A DNA stretch of 64,000 bases from Octopus vulgaris (lineage: Eukaryota). The stretch is from NCBI GenBank assembly GCA_951406725.2, contig OX597818.1:118420001-118484000 (forward strand), given 5' to 3'. The translations under genes were made by a program, and so were the position numbers. Positions 1-14,119 of this stretch are shown here, in pieces. Under the pieces are notes generated by a model. The model did not search any database. It saw only the letters and a program-made list of their open reading frames with translations, and was not told the DNA's origin. Position 1 is the stretch's first letter. Every line of letters starts with the position of its first letter.

Positions 1-210
1 TATATATATATATATATATATATATACATACATACACACACACATACACATACACACATATATATATATGCATATATATATGTACATATATATATATATA
101 TATACACATATATACACATATATATATACATACATATATATGTAAACATATATATATACATATGTATACATATATATATATATACATACATACATATATA
201 CATATATACA

Positions 211-276
<66 letters not shown>

Positions 277-289
277 CATATATATATAC

Positions 290-338
<49 letters not shown>

Positions 339-792
339 CGCACACATGCACATGCACATATATGTAATTGTATATATACATATATTATCAGCTTTTGTTG
401 CTCTAAAAGGCAGTCATTTGTACTAAGATTTCATTCTTGTAGACTCATAATTTACCTGTTTAAATATGCACAAGTATAATGTTTTATTTATCTTTACATA
501 CACTCGTGTTCTGTAGACAAATCTCTTATTGTTTACTTGCCCATATTTTCGATATCTTTCACTACTTTTTCCACAATGGGATATTTTGACAGCATTTTAA
601 TTAGAAACTATCTCTTTATGAAATCTTTGAGAAAATTAACAAACAATAAAACAACATTTTCACCTTTAAAACCGAAAACAAGATTGGATAAACATAATTT
701 TTAAAAAAAATTTGTTTAAGATTTACTATATTTCACATCACATATTTGTCTTCAAACGTTCTTACGTACTTGCGTTAGTAACCACTTTCAAT

Positions 793-1115
793 GAGGGCGC
801 GTGGCTTAGTGGTTAGGGCATTCGGCTCATGATCGTAAGGTTGTGAGTTCGATTCCCGGCGACGCGTTGTGTCCTTGAGCAAGACACTTTATTTCACGTT
901 GCTCCAGTCCACTCAGCTGGCAAAAATGAGTTGTACTTGTATTTCAAAGTGTCAGCCTTGTCACTCTCTGTGTCACGCTGATTATCCCCGAGAACTACGT
1001 TAAGGGTACACGTGTCTGTGGAATGCTCAGCCATTTGCACGTTAATTACACGAGCAAGCTGTTCCGTTGATCGTATCAGCTGGGACCCTCGTCGTCGTAA
1101 CCGGCGGAGTCTTTT
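793..1115 (+). mobile_element. tRNA-derived SINE with CORE-like central domain
   Basis: A box (tggcttagtgg), B box (gttcgattcc), then tgtgtccttgagcaagacactt. The 3' tail is shared with 27155-27325; related heads occur at 24880-25025 and 55160-55305. Confidence 0.85.
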
Positions 1116-3373
1116 TTAAAAACCAGTTTCACCAACACAAGTGTAAATCATCTGCACATTCGTACGCTCAGACACTAAACTATTGTTTCTAAATTAGTTT
1201 TCTATAAGGAAGACTTTGTTGTATAATTATAAAATCAAACAGATTCATGTATACAATTACAATTGTTTGAACGAAGCTACTTTATATGGGTTTTTTGTAG
1301 CGTTTTATCGACTAACACGCTAATGTAGATTGTTGCACACAAGTCTTTACAAAATCCTCAAATTATATATTTGTTATAATTTAATGAAATACATTGTTTA
1401 TATCTGATATTATATGATATTTAAATTCAACCGCAATCCTATTTAAAATCTCCTCAACGATATTGACTTCAGTGTGAATAATATAATTATTTAGTACTCG
1501 ATTACTTAAGCTATAAACATTGATTTTCTCGTAATATATTTATATTCATTTATAAAAGACACTAACACCAAGAAGTTAGATATTTTTCTAAACTACGAAG
1601 CAATACCTCGATGCCAAACGGCTTGAATGTAGTCATGAAATGTAATATAGATCAAAAAATCTATGCGATCTAGATTTGTCGGGATCAAAAACCATCATCA
1701 GTTTATTTTCCTCAGGACAAGTGCATAGATTAGTCCATTGCAGATTATCTCTAAGCAGACAGAATATATCATTTGAAGCATCAATTTTATCAGTATCGTT
1801 GCTTAAATTTTGTTATGGAATGGCACATGCCGACATTTCCTAAATGTCATTTACAAACCATTTAGAAAAAAGTAGTTTAAATAAGTGAATTCGAGTTATT
1901 TTATTGCGCTTTTTTCTTTATTTATTTTCATTGCCAAAATAAATATTGACACAATATTTCTTAGCTAATGATGTTATTAAAACAATATTATGCTTCATAT
2001 TAAAGGGAGAAGTATACGTATTACTCTTTTACTATTTTACTTGTTTCTTTCATTTGACTGTGGCCATGCTGGGGCCACATTGATTGGTTGAAATTACCGA
2101 AATAGGACAACTTTAACGTGAAATAACTTCATCAATATAAGTTTTTCTTTAAAATGCTAAGAGTAATAGATGTTTTATATGACACATTCTACTAGTGTCC
2201 GAAGTTTGAAAGAGTTTAGTTATAAACAATTATATGTTAAATCTGTAGGTCAAGAGGTAAAAATTCGAACTCAGAAGAAACTTGAAGAAATACCGCTAAG
2301 CATTGTTCATCACAACAACGATTCTGCCAGCTTGCCACTTACTCCTTTGTATTATATCATCAAATTCTTTTTCATCGATCCGTAACACAAAATGTCGCTG
2401 TCAAATATCATACTATACTACGCACTTCAACTTCTTTAACTGTCATACATTCAGTTCGACTGTGTGGGCGTTATATATATGAGAGTTTCACTTTTCTCCC
2501 ATGAGGACATAATTTCTTTAAAAAATATTACATCAGGTCATTGATATCTTAATACTGGTGATTCTGGCTTTTTGCCAGTGCGACCTGTCAGAATAATCTG
2601 GAAAGAAACCAAGAAAAAAATCAGTTTGCTTTACAAGTACCTATTTACTTGTTGTAAGTTATAGCCACGAATTATACCATTGCAGAAGAGACTCAATTGA
2701 CAAGTGGATAAGATAACGAAGACGTGTGTTTTTATTACACTGTGTGTAACTTCATTGAGTGGCTTGTTACCGAAAGATCGATACGTGCTTCTTCATTCTG
2801 ACTGGTTTTTCAGTATTTCAGATGAATGCATATGAATGCTGGTGTTAATTCTTTTCTATCGGTGTGGTCGATTTTATAAACCTCTGTAATTCATTAATAG
2901 GTCAATTATCAGGCCTACAATATGAAACAGTTTTCGTCGATTCAAACATGAACTGAAATGGGCATATATATATAGTAGAAATATGTTACAAAATGAAAAT
3001 ATAAAATACACGTGGAAATGTAAGGGTAAAATATGAAAAATCAACGAAAATGCACATTGTAAATAAAAACAAGCTTTTTATGACAGGTAGCGACAAATAT
3101 GAACATTTAGATTGACTGAGGTAGTAATAAAAGTCATTATTATAAGATGATTATAAGATGATTATAAAATGATTATAAAGTCAGAAAACAAACGTACCAT
3201 GGTTTCTGCACGCTTTGAAAACACCGGCTAATATATATATATATTTTAACATTTTATTTTCAATTTCATTTTAACATTTTATTTTCAATTTACATGTATT
3301 AATTATATTTCCTTTATAAATGACAATATATATTTTAACCAAAGTTTCGATGTAAGGTTTTTTCCTCGAAGTT

Positions 3374-3416
<43 letters not shown>

Positions 3417-3548
3417 AGCTCATTTTTGTGTATCGCTCGAAAATTGACCGTTATTTGTAAAGGACCAATCAAACAAGTCCATTTTTAAAGGTGTAGCGTT
3501 TATACTAGTCTGGATAGAATTGAAATATCGGTTTTATTCTCGCAAAAA

Positions 3549-3586
3549 CTGTCCGACGAACGGCAACGTGAAACTCAGTGTAACGG
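3549..3586 (+). ncRNA. Hammerhead-like motif, U4C core variant
   Basis: ctgt-CCGACGA-ACG gcaa CGT-GAAA-ctcagtg-TA-acgg. It lies in a repeat (about 3460-3620) that recurs at about 6990-7152. Confidence 0.55.
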
Positions 3587-3720
3587 GTTTTGTTGAATTG
3601 TCTGCTCGTTTAAATAAAGCATATTACTCTACCACTCGTATTTGAGTACTCTTTTTTCCACCTTGTCTCACATTTATGTGTTTACTCCGGTATATATATA
3701 AAATATATATATATATAAAT

Positions 3721-3753
<33 letters not shown>

Positions 3754-3876
3754 AATATATATATATATAAATATATATATATATAAATATGTATATATAT
3801 ATATATATATATAAACAATTGTAGCGTGGAAGGTGTTGATAAGCCATTTGAGAAACACTTCAACATTTAAATTTAA

Positions 3877-3927
3877 TTTGTCAAAATATTTTCGTCGCTT
3901 TGAGACCGCGACCTGTTCACTGACAAA
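3877..3927 (-). ncRNA. Minimal type I hammerhead ribozyme, G3-C8 swapped core
   Basis: Minus strand TTTGTCA-GTGAACA-G-GTCGC ggtctcaaa GCGAC-GAAA-ATAT-TT/TGACAAA: 7-bp stem I, 5-bp stem II, palindromic AATATT stem III. About 65 nt from a (TA)n tract. Confidence 0.75.
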
Positions 3928-4470
3928 ACTTCGTGCAGCAAGATGGTTCATCTTGTATCATTTGAACAAATTTGTCCAGATTCCGTTTAAAGGTGATGCG
4001 ATCATTTTCCTTCTTTAATTTGTTAAATAGGACAATGTTTAATAGGGCAGGGCCTGTTGCGGGAAAGAAAGTGTGTTGCTGTGTATTCAGGTGTTATGAT
4101 CATGAATTGGGTAGGTCCAAGTCTTGGTCGAATTTTTAAACTAATGTGGAGGTTGTTTGGGCAATGCTGGTGGTGCATACATCGTTTAAATGATATATCG
4201 TGCACGGCGGGACTGGAAAGTAGTTTCAAAGCATACATAGGCACAAACATTAATTGTGTGGAGTTTGATTCAGCAAAAATCGTAGATGTGGACACCAACA
4301 ACAAATACCCTCATTCACAAAATGCTGCATTTCAGGGTAGGTTTAGTGAAAGTGAGGCAGAGGTAAAAATCGATTCTCCAGCATGGCCGCAACTCTCGAG
4401 CTGAATCTAGTAAACATATTTATTATATGTGGTTCGCAAGATTCCTTATGTGAATGATTCTTCCTAGACG

Positions 4471-4527
<57 letters not shown>

Positions 4528-4575
4528 AATATACATATATATATATATATACATATATATACACACATATATACA

Positions 4576-4641
<66 letters not shown>

Positions 4642-5586
4642 TCTGTGTGTATGTGTGTACAAATACGCACATAGATTCCTATCTACATAACAAGAGAGAA
4701 AGAGATAGAGAAAGACAGATAAACAACAAGAAACACGGAGAATGAGTGTCAGAGAGAGAGAGAGACAGACAGACATATTCTATGGAGACTGACACGCCTA
4801 CATTACGTCTATGTTTGTATGTACTGTTTCCTTGTTTAGAGGAAATTCACATGTACTTCCACACGATAATATAGAAACGCGTAGAATAACATAGAGACTC
4901 GTAGTCGCTCATATTTGCAAATATCTGTGTATCACTATATAATATGTTTGTATGCTTCAATAAACCTATTAATTTTTCCGTCGTTCTTCTGTTAATTGAG
5001 ATTAATTATCTCCCCACAGTTTCTACTTTAGTGGTTGTCTTAAACGAATTGCACTCTACTGGTACTTGCTGAACAGAATACTGCGCATGATTCTCATACG
5101 TAATACACAGTTCAAGCAGTCATAGAAATGAATATTCATGGACTTGTGTCTGTTATTTCGATGACGGAAGGACAGAAAAAGAAGAAGATAAATGTGTGGG
5201 AAGATACGGAAGAATTTTGCGACAATTATGATTAACCTTGTCAATTTTTGTTAGGATATAATGAAGGGAAGATTATGAAAGGAGCTAAGTTTCTGGCTTT
5301 GAAGCAGGAGTAAATAAACTGCTAGAACTGTGCATGGAATTTAGCTTGTACCTAACTACCAATCTACACACCTACTTAGTTACCTACCTAGATAAGTAGG
5401 TAGGTACGTAGGTAGATAGGTAGGTACAAAGTAATACGGAGGGACAACCTCATACACACACACACGCACACACTGGGAAGCAGAGATAAACACGTAAACA
5501 CACACACATACCTATATATATACAAACACACAACAAGTGACCACATACATACACAAACACATGAATATGCAGACTACATACATAAA

Positions 5587-5624
<38 letters not shown>

Positions 5625-5629
<5 letters not shown>

Positions 5630-5990
5630 AAAGTTTACGCAAAAAACAAAAGACGAAGACAGGTGGTGTACAAAACAAACAGATGTATTAGTATAACGCT
5701 CAGGAATAGAAAAAGTATTTTACGTTTCGAGCCTACGCTCTTCTACAGAAAGGGACACAGAAAAAACAAGGAGAGAAACAAGATGAGAAACAAATGTGTG
5801 TAGTGGCTAGCGATCTATCACCGCGTGTGTCTTCTTTGGACGTTTCTATATTTCTGACGAAGAGCTTGGCTCGAAACGTTAAAACCTCTGTCTTTTCTTT
5901 ACTTTCCTGAGCGTCCAATAACACTGTATTTATTCCATGTACTCGCATTGCTTGTTTTCCTTGCTTGTTCATGCTTGGATTAACTATATA
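5625..5990. mobile_element. Pair of diverging PLE pLTR-like fragments between microsatellites
   Basis: Minus-strand HHR-like motif at about 5718-5751 and plus-strand HHR at 5851-5883. The left part recurs at 13815-13935 and inverted at 57421-57535. Confidence 0.6.
5851..5883 (+). ncRNA. Minimal type I hammerhead ribozyme
   Basis: TTT-CTGACGA-A-GAGC ttg GCTC-GAAA-CG-TT/AAA, with palindromic AACGTT stem III and a weak 3-bp stem I. Confidence 0.7.
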
Positions 5991-6389
5991 TATAAAGATA
6001 CATACACACATACATACATGCATGCATACATACATATATGCATACATACATACATACATACATACATACATACATACATACATACATACATTTATACATA
6101 CATACATACATACATACATAAAGAAGCACTCGCGCATGCTAACACACACACACACGCATGCATGCAACAGAATCTCAAGCAAACAAACGCGACTTCCATA
6201 ATGCCAGTAGACATTTAGAAAGTTGAAAGAAGACACGAAAGGGCTTCATCGAACAAAACAAATAAGATATTTAATTAAGGAGTGGAACTGAACAAGTGTT
6301 TGTGTTAATAACTCTAACTGGACACAACAAAATTTGTTGCAGCACTCGAAATCACATAAAGCATCTTGCTAACGAGATATAAAAATGAA

Positions 6390-6420
<31 letters not shown>

Positions 6421-7084
6421 AATGAAGTATATATATATACATACATATGCATATATGGGTGTGTGTTTGTGTAAGACGTGGTTTTGACACCCAAGGAGAT
6501 ATTAAACTTTTCAAAATTTTGTAATTTTTTCTGATATTTGATATGATGAGATTAATTATAGAAACCGGTAATATTCTCTTTATATAATTTTGAAATCATT
6601 TTATTAAATTCTTTCTTCAATGGAAATATCTTACGTCTGTGCTACATTCTCCTACATCATTTATACGTAAAAAATTTGAGTATGTATTTATGTCATATAC
6701 GTATGTCTAAATATATATATATCTATGTACATGCATTTGTGTATTTTGGTGTATATATGTATATTATAGATGGTCTAGTATGCGTACATACTGGTAAAAC
6801 ATATTTATGTAATATAGCGGGAAATTTTAAATTTTAATTTTAATGTATTAATTGACTTATATTTCGTATATGATTATTTACCATACGTACTTGGAATCTC
6901 TCCTTCGATTTAAGGTTTCCTTCGATTTTACAATAGGATGAATTTATATTAAATTTATTTTGTTCACTGTTTACTTAAAACCATCAGTTGAAAGGACCAA
7001 TGAAAAATAAACCATTTTGAAAGGTGCATCCTTTAAACTATTTCTTTTTTATTATATCGTTATTTAGATTCCATTCTAACAAAA

Positions 7085-7122
7085 TTGTCCGATGATCGGG
7101 AACGTGAAACTCTGAGTAACCG
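7085..7122 (+). ncRNA. Hammerhead-like motif, U4C variant, degenerate second copy
   Basis: gt-CCGATGA-TCG ggaa CGT-GAAA-ctctgag-TA-ac, followed about 30 nt later by (TA)n. Confidence 0.45.
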
Positions 7123-7153
7123 TTTTTGTGATGTCTGCTGCTTTTAAATAAAG

Positions 7154-7211
<58 letters not shown>

Positions 7212-7212
7212 C

Positions 7213-7333
<121 letters not shown>

Positions 7334-7734
7334 AAAGAATTTGATTCAGTCTCCGTGCTACTTCAAATTCCACACGCCATTATCGATGTCTGTCTTTTTC
7401 AGGCTTCTGTAATGAAGATGTCCAGGAAGTTCAAGAAGGCTACCGGAAGATAGACTGCCATAGGTCAAGGAGGGTGACATGATTTTACAGCGAATAATAT
7501 CATTTGGTACTAGTGTGTATATATGTGTGTTTCTGCGTGGGTGTGTGTGTATGTATACTCACGTACATATGCATATACGAGGAGTGTGCATAAGTGAATG
7601 TGGATATGTTATTTAGATTTGGATATGCGTGTGTATGTATGCATATATTTGTGTTTGCGCGTGTATTAGTTGCTGCTTGCTGGGTGTTGGCTGTTAGTAT
7701 ACTGGTTGGCCTTGTGTTGATATATCTTCTTTTC

Positions 7735-8284
7735 TACTCAAGGAACAAGGTCCTACATTTTTGGGAAAGGTGCCAGTCAATCAGATCGACACCAGTACGC
7801 AACTGGTACTTAATTTATCGACTCCGAAAGGATGAAAGGCAAAGTTCATCTCGGTGTAATTTGAACTCAGAACATAAAGACAGACGAAATACCGCTAAGC
7901 ATTTCGCCCGGCGTGCTAACTCTTCTTATTTCTTTATTGTCTACAATGGGAAGGACAGAAAAATGGATTAAGTCGATTACATCGACCCCAGTGCGTATCT
8001 GATACTTAATTTATCGACCCCGAAAGGATGAAAGGCAAAGTCGACATCGGTAGAATGTGAAATCAGAAAGTAACGGCAGAGGAAATACCTATTTCTTTAC
8101 TACCCACAAGGGGCTAAACACAGCGGAGACAAACAAGAACAGACAGACAGATTAAGTCGATTACATCGGCCCCAGTGGGTAACTGAGACTTAATTTATCG
8201 ACACCGAAAGCGGAATTTGAACTCAGAAGGTAAAGACAGGCGAAATACCTATTTCTTTATTACCCACAATGGGCTAAACACAGA

Positions 8285-8285
<1 letters not shown>
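7735..8285 (-). mobile_element. Nin/Deu-domain tRNA SINE, tandem partial units
   Basis: Repeated ttaatttatcgaccccgaaaggatgaaaggcaaagtcgac, the reverse complement of the Nin-like domain. Confidence 0.85.
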
Positions 8286-8324
<39 letters not shown>

Positions 8325-8388
8325 CGTGTGTGTGTGTGTGTGTGTATGCATATATGGATACGTACATGTACATACATACATTTATACG

Positions 8389-8463
<75 letters not shown>

Positions 8464-10444
8464 AATGAATTAAAGGTAATGCTATGCTACTTCGTGATAA
8501 TCATTGTTATACACACGCACACACATACACACGCACATACATACATACGCACACATACACACGCACACACATACACACGCACACACCCACACAGACACAC
8601 CAACAAATGACTAAGGGTGCAAATTAGCACCATCATTGTTAGAAAGAAGAGCATCTCTTAGCCACGCGTAAACAGATATTTATTGACAGACATCTGCACC
8701 AAGCGAGGAGTTTCAAATCACTGATGATATTGGATTAAGTTAATCCTCATAAGTGACCAAATAATTTCTATGGTATTTTCCACAAGGAGAATTCCATTCA
8801 ACCCTGGGTAACGAAATAGGTGTCATTGATGAAGATTAACTCATTCTGAAATCATCGATGATATGGTCAAATTTAAACATATACCGAAGACATATACGTA
8901 CATAGATATATACATACAAGTTAAAAATTTAACATTTACGGAATGCGCTTGTTTCTAATAGTATACCGATAAAGTATTTTCACTGCAGGCGCCATCCACG
9001 GTAATTGCACAATCGTCGCTGGATCTATCTCAGGAATTGCTCAGCGTACGTTGAATATAACAGAAGCGATCGAAACGGTAAATGGATCCATTTTTTGTCT
9101 TCATCGTATGTGTTCCACACACACACATGAATGGATGTATTCCATATCATCCACATGATATTTTCAGTATCGTCATCACGAAACATACATCTAGATATAT
9201 GTATGATCATAAAGAACGATAACCATTGATGCCCCATTAATGTCCCAACGTGTAGCTTAAAAATATGAAAAATATATATTAGGGAATGAATACATTTTGC
9301 AAATATTATGTATATACACACATAAACACGTACACGAATATATTTATTCATATATAATGAAATTGTAGAAATAGTACAAAGGCCAAATACATTGTAACAA
9401 GCAAAAAATCGATTGGTATAAAACAAAAGTTATTAGAGAAATAACCTGAAAAGAGTGATTCGAATAAATGCGAAATGAAGGTTGCATATAGAATAACAGA
9501 AAATGAATAGTTCGATATGCTTAGAAACTTGGATGACAAATATATCGAATTTAGACAAAGAATAAATTATACAAAATAAACGTGATTTGACACAATATAC
9601 ACTAAAAATTTGGCATTAACACACGGTTGCAATTGAATTTAAAGGAACATTGTTACACTTTAACTATTTGGAATTCTTGGCACATTAATGCGAGTTAAGA
9701 ATTGAAACTAGTTGGCACATTTATATACATTAGGAACTGAATTTACCCTGTAATTAAATTCTCTAGCCAATAGTGTATAGTCATAAAATATATTTTTGTT
9801 TTACTGGTGATGTGACAAGGACCCTTTGCATCTTATATATCTGATATGTGTTTCCTATTGTAATCGATTGTAATATTTCCAGTACCCTGATTTAGAACCA
9901 TCCCCAGCCCCACCTCCCAAAAAACGATTTTTTTTTCGTTCAGTAAATCTACAAAATCAGCAATCTACAAAATTTAAATTGAACATCGGGTACTTCAAGT
10001 AATTTTTACCTGTATATTGTTTGAATCAATCACATATTCTAGGACCAGTATGTAGACATAAATGCTAGCAAAACAGAGAAGCAAATAAGGTTAGTTGCAC
10101 TTAAGATACAGGGAGGAAAATATTTCCTATGCAGAACTAAATAAAACTGAAATGCATCTTCACTAGATATTTGAAAAGTTAAATAGTTTGGAAAAAGAAG
10201 GTAGGTCGAAACATCAACAAAGAGTGTCATTTGTATATTTTTCTTTAGTGAGAAGGCTCAGAATGTCCATTCACTGACTATTAGAATAACAACAGAGCGT
10301 CTACATCACTGAACTCTGGTTGAAAAATATTTTGTATTTTCTGTGTATAAGCCCGTCATCTGAAGACCAAAAGATAACACAGAATACGCCACACTGTACA
10401 TACCTGCATATATGTATACGTGTGTGTGTGTGTGTGTGTGTGTC

Positions 10445-11145
10445 TAGGATTGTGGAATAATTCATGAGCGTTTTTTATTAAATCTAAAAATCGACGCATA
10501 AGTAAAATGCATTGGCAAAATATTTTATGTTACTTAAAAGAGAGAGTTTTGGTCTATATAATAGTGTGTTTTGATTTTTTAAGTTTATTGATGTTTGTGT
10601 ATTTTCAGATCATGAAAATGGAATTTTAACAGAGCATTTTCGACACCATTTACTTTTTGCATTTATTCGAAGTGTTAAGCGCGCCTAAGTTGCTCGGGAA
10701 ATGTGTGCTGTGTATGGAGAAAGATCAATGCATCAACGAACCGCCCGCCGTTGAGAATTTTGACCTCAAGGCCGGATCACACACCTCTCGACCATTTGAG
10801 TTCGAAGAAGAGCAATTCTATCAACTTCTTCATGATAATCCACGTGAAACGACCAGGGAATGGGCGGAGCAGACGGACTGTGACTTAAAAAAATGACACT
10901 GTGGTGAACCGCCAGCACTCACAGGGCAAATGTCAAAAACACATCGCTTGGGTGCCACGCATTTCGAGCAAAAACAACTAAAATCAACGCTTTACAATCG
11001 CTGCCAGTTTACTCGCTCAACAACGCTCGTTCCCATGGTCACAAAAAGCGTTTTCTTTATCTCATTGTTAATGGCGGTAAAATAGTGTGCATTTACTTCT
11101 ATACCAAGCGGCGAAAAGGATGGCTCAGCCTCGACAATCAATGAT
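10445..11145 (+). mobile_element. Degenerate mariner transposon (5' end and N-terminal half of transposase)
   Basis: Translation from about 10618 across frameshifts and stops: EHFRHHLLFAF..VAREMCAVYGE, ENFDLK..SRP, NPRETTRE, AWVPRIS (WVPHEL motif), FLYLIVNGGK, RRKGWLS. Confidence 0.85.
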
Positions 11146-12084
11146 CCCGTGAAGGTTTGAAATCAGAACATACGGACAGACGAAACGCCAGTAAGCATGT
11201 TGCCCCGCATGTTAATTGTTCTGTCATATCGCCGCCTTGCATTTGAGGAAAACATTAATATACATTATCGTAGTAGAGTGATTTGTGCAAACAATCAGAA
11301 ATTTCACGAGGAAATTTTAGTCGCGAACCGTAATAGCATAGATAAAACTATGTGGAAGATATTTTTGTGTATCCTTCAAGAAAAAAATAACAGCAATTAT
11401 TTTAACAGTTTTAAAAGTTAAGAGAGAAAAACTTGACATGAATGGGTGACATTAGAATATTTAAATGAGAAACAGTAAATTTTATTGCATAGCAGCATGT
11501 ATCGTGAACAAACTTTCTTTCGTAAAAGGGTACGTTGTACAATACTTGTGTGATAAAGCAGTGATAAGTTGTTGAGTGGTATTGTTCTTGCCCACATGCT
11601 ATTCCATTGAAAAATGTAATAAGAGAAAACAAATGTTCTCACATTCCCTGTTTTTATCAGTTCGCTAAATGAAAGTGAATATAAATGAACTACCTAATTT
11701 ATGCATTGGATTTTCTGTAACTATACCCACATTAGCAGAAATTTAATTATACTAATCATTCTTCGAACTGCTGGAAAACATAAATGGAAGAATTGCACAT
11801 CCTGTCTCAAACTGACTCCAATCACAAATGAGTGTATTCGCTTGAACAAAAGTCCACATTGCAATGTTTATTAATACATAAGAACAGCCTATAAAATACT
11901 CTGACGCTCAATCCATTCCGATTTAATTTCGTTTTAATGTGTGCTAAAATTATGTCACAGAGATAACAGAAATTTAGCAAATCGTATACGTATATAACAT
12001 ACATTAGGAATAGACATATATAATAACAGTCCCTTCGTTGATATAGTAAGGTAAACCAACGATAAATTTACTTACCTGCTCACT

Positions 12085-13100
12085 GATAGATACTTATTTT
12101 GTAAATAGCACTTAAGAAGGCAGGATATAAATATGCAATTAAGTATAACAAATACGACAACACTAGTATAAATCATATTAAACATAATTTGAAAAATGAT
12201 AAAGTTAACATTAATGTATCTAATACATATAATGAAATAGTATATCCTAATAAACAAAAAATGAAAGCTACCTATAATAGTAATCAACAGTAAACACGAC
12301 CATCCTCATTATAATAACAATACAAAACAACTAAAGAATTACGAGCAGCACAACAGAAATAAAACTCACAAAAAGAATATAAATCTTAATAATAGCCACC
12401 TTCGTAACTACACTAATGTAAACAAACCTAAAAATACTGCCAACCTTAACGTAACTGTACAATTAAAGGTAAAAATAGAAACATTCAGGCAACAAACAGA
12501 AGAAAAAAAAACAGGAATAATCAAAATATGACGATTTACTATAATGATATGAATAGCAATAATACGAATAGGAACAACATAGTAAAGAAGAAATCTATAC
12601 CGTGTATGAGAAAAACTGACTCTCCGAATACAATCCAATTCTTTACCAAAGCAGACCAACGAGAAAACCATTTGAATAATAATTCCCTTTGCAAAACACC
12701 TAAAAGCGAACTTCATTAGATCCATCACAATGATTATTATTAAAAACTTCAAAAGCACTAAATGCGCCAAAATATTTAATAATAAACGTAATTAGATTTA
12801 GATTTTCGGTTCCTCCAAAAAGTTTTAGGATGATATTTCCATTTAACCATAAGAAACTAGATCAATTCTATCAAAGCAAAATTACTAAAACTGAACCTAA
12901 AACTCTAATATTATTTAAAAAATCGAATAATCCTGCAATTAAAATATCAATACTAGTACTTATAGCACTACTACACCACCCAAGAATACAACTTGCAATT
13001 GCAGAGACCCTAATGTAAATTAGAAAGAAATTGTAAAAAGAAATACAGTGTGTACCAGGCAACAATTATAATGCAGGACTCACAGATATATAGAAGATAC

Positions 13101-13152
<52 letters not shown>

Positions 13153-13780
13153 GTAGCTTCTAAGTCCTCTAGCTACACCTAGGAAATAAAAGACAAAATA
13201 AATCAACTATACTTTAGAATGGCATATTCTAGCAGAAAACTTCGTCTTAAACCATTAACAATAAGCGCTGTGAGCTTTGTATAACAGAAAAACTACTAAT
13301 TTTAATGGCCAAATCACCTCTACTCAATAAAAGTTATGAAAAGGATTTATTTTGTTTGCATAAAGGCTAATTCGTATTCTCTAAGTTTCGTTAAAACCAC
13401 TCATTCCTGTATACACCACTGTCTCCTAGCTTAAATGTTATTAGCAGACCTACTTATCAGTATATTACCTCCCCTAAACCTTCCCTAACCTAATTAGCTT
13501 ACGCATATCCAACCCACATTATCAATATATATTAATAAGACTAATCTACTTTCTACGCTAGTCTACTTCTTTCATATTATTCTTTTCAGTCGAGAACTAC
13601 TTACTCTCTTCCCACGTTATATTACCCCTCTTCTATCTTTTTTCTGCTCTTATACTCTTTCTTGTAATATTAATGAATACGTGTGTGTAACACATAATTA
13701 CTACATGTGCATGTACTTTTCAAATACTTTCTAATACTTTTGAATAAATAGACATATTGGAATGTCTACCAGCTGATGTA
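12085..13780 (+). mobile_element. Degenerate Penelope-like element, Naiad/Chlamys-type
   Basis: ALKKAGYKY (about 12108), Asn-rich linker, KIFNN, TCNCRDPN..CKLERNCKKKYSVYQATI (about 12990-13067), and YTLEWHIL..KRCELCITEKLLILM..LLNK..FCLHK (13205-13365). Contains stops and frameshifts; interrupted by (TA)n at 13103-13150. Confidence 0.8.
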
Positions 13781-14039
13781 TATACGTATATATATATATA
13801 TAATATATGTAGTTGAAATTTGCACAAAAACAAAAGACGAAGACAGGTGTGTAAGCAACAAACAGGTGTATTAGTTTAGCCTTCGGGAATGTGAGAAAGT
13901 CTTTTACGTTTCGAGCTTATGCTCTTAAACAGAAAGGAACACGTAGAAATAGCGTGAGAATAACAAACTTTCGGAGATAGCTGTCAATCATGGTGGCTAC
14001 ACACACACACACGCACACCCACACAAATATATACATATG

Positions 14040-14096
<57 letters not shown>

Positions 14097-14119
14097 ATAT
14101 GCATGTATATATTCTTTTT

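Noticed and set aside
2490-2700. Possible minus-strand splice acceptor (ttttcttggtttctttccag) and short exon
   Set aside because: All frames stop within about 22 codons and no recognisable protein results.
8640-9430. Unique-looking minus-strand sequence with exon-like composition
   Set aside because: Stops occur in every frame and no motif is recognised; needs RNA-seq or blastx.
11411-11900. Cys-containing minus-strand ORFs
   Set aside because: Short, no convincing domain and no supported splice structure.
12985-13365. Selenocysteine recoding, as reported for some Naiad PLEs
   Set aside because: The visible conserved Cys codons are TGC/TGT, not TGA.
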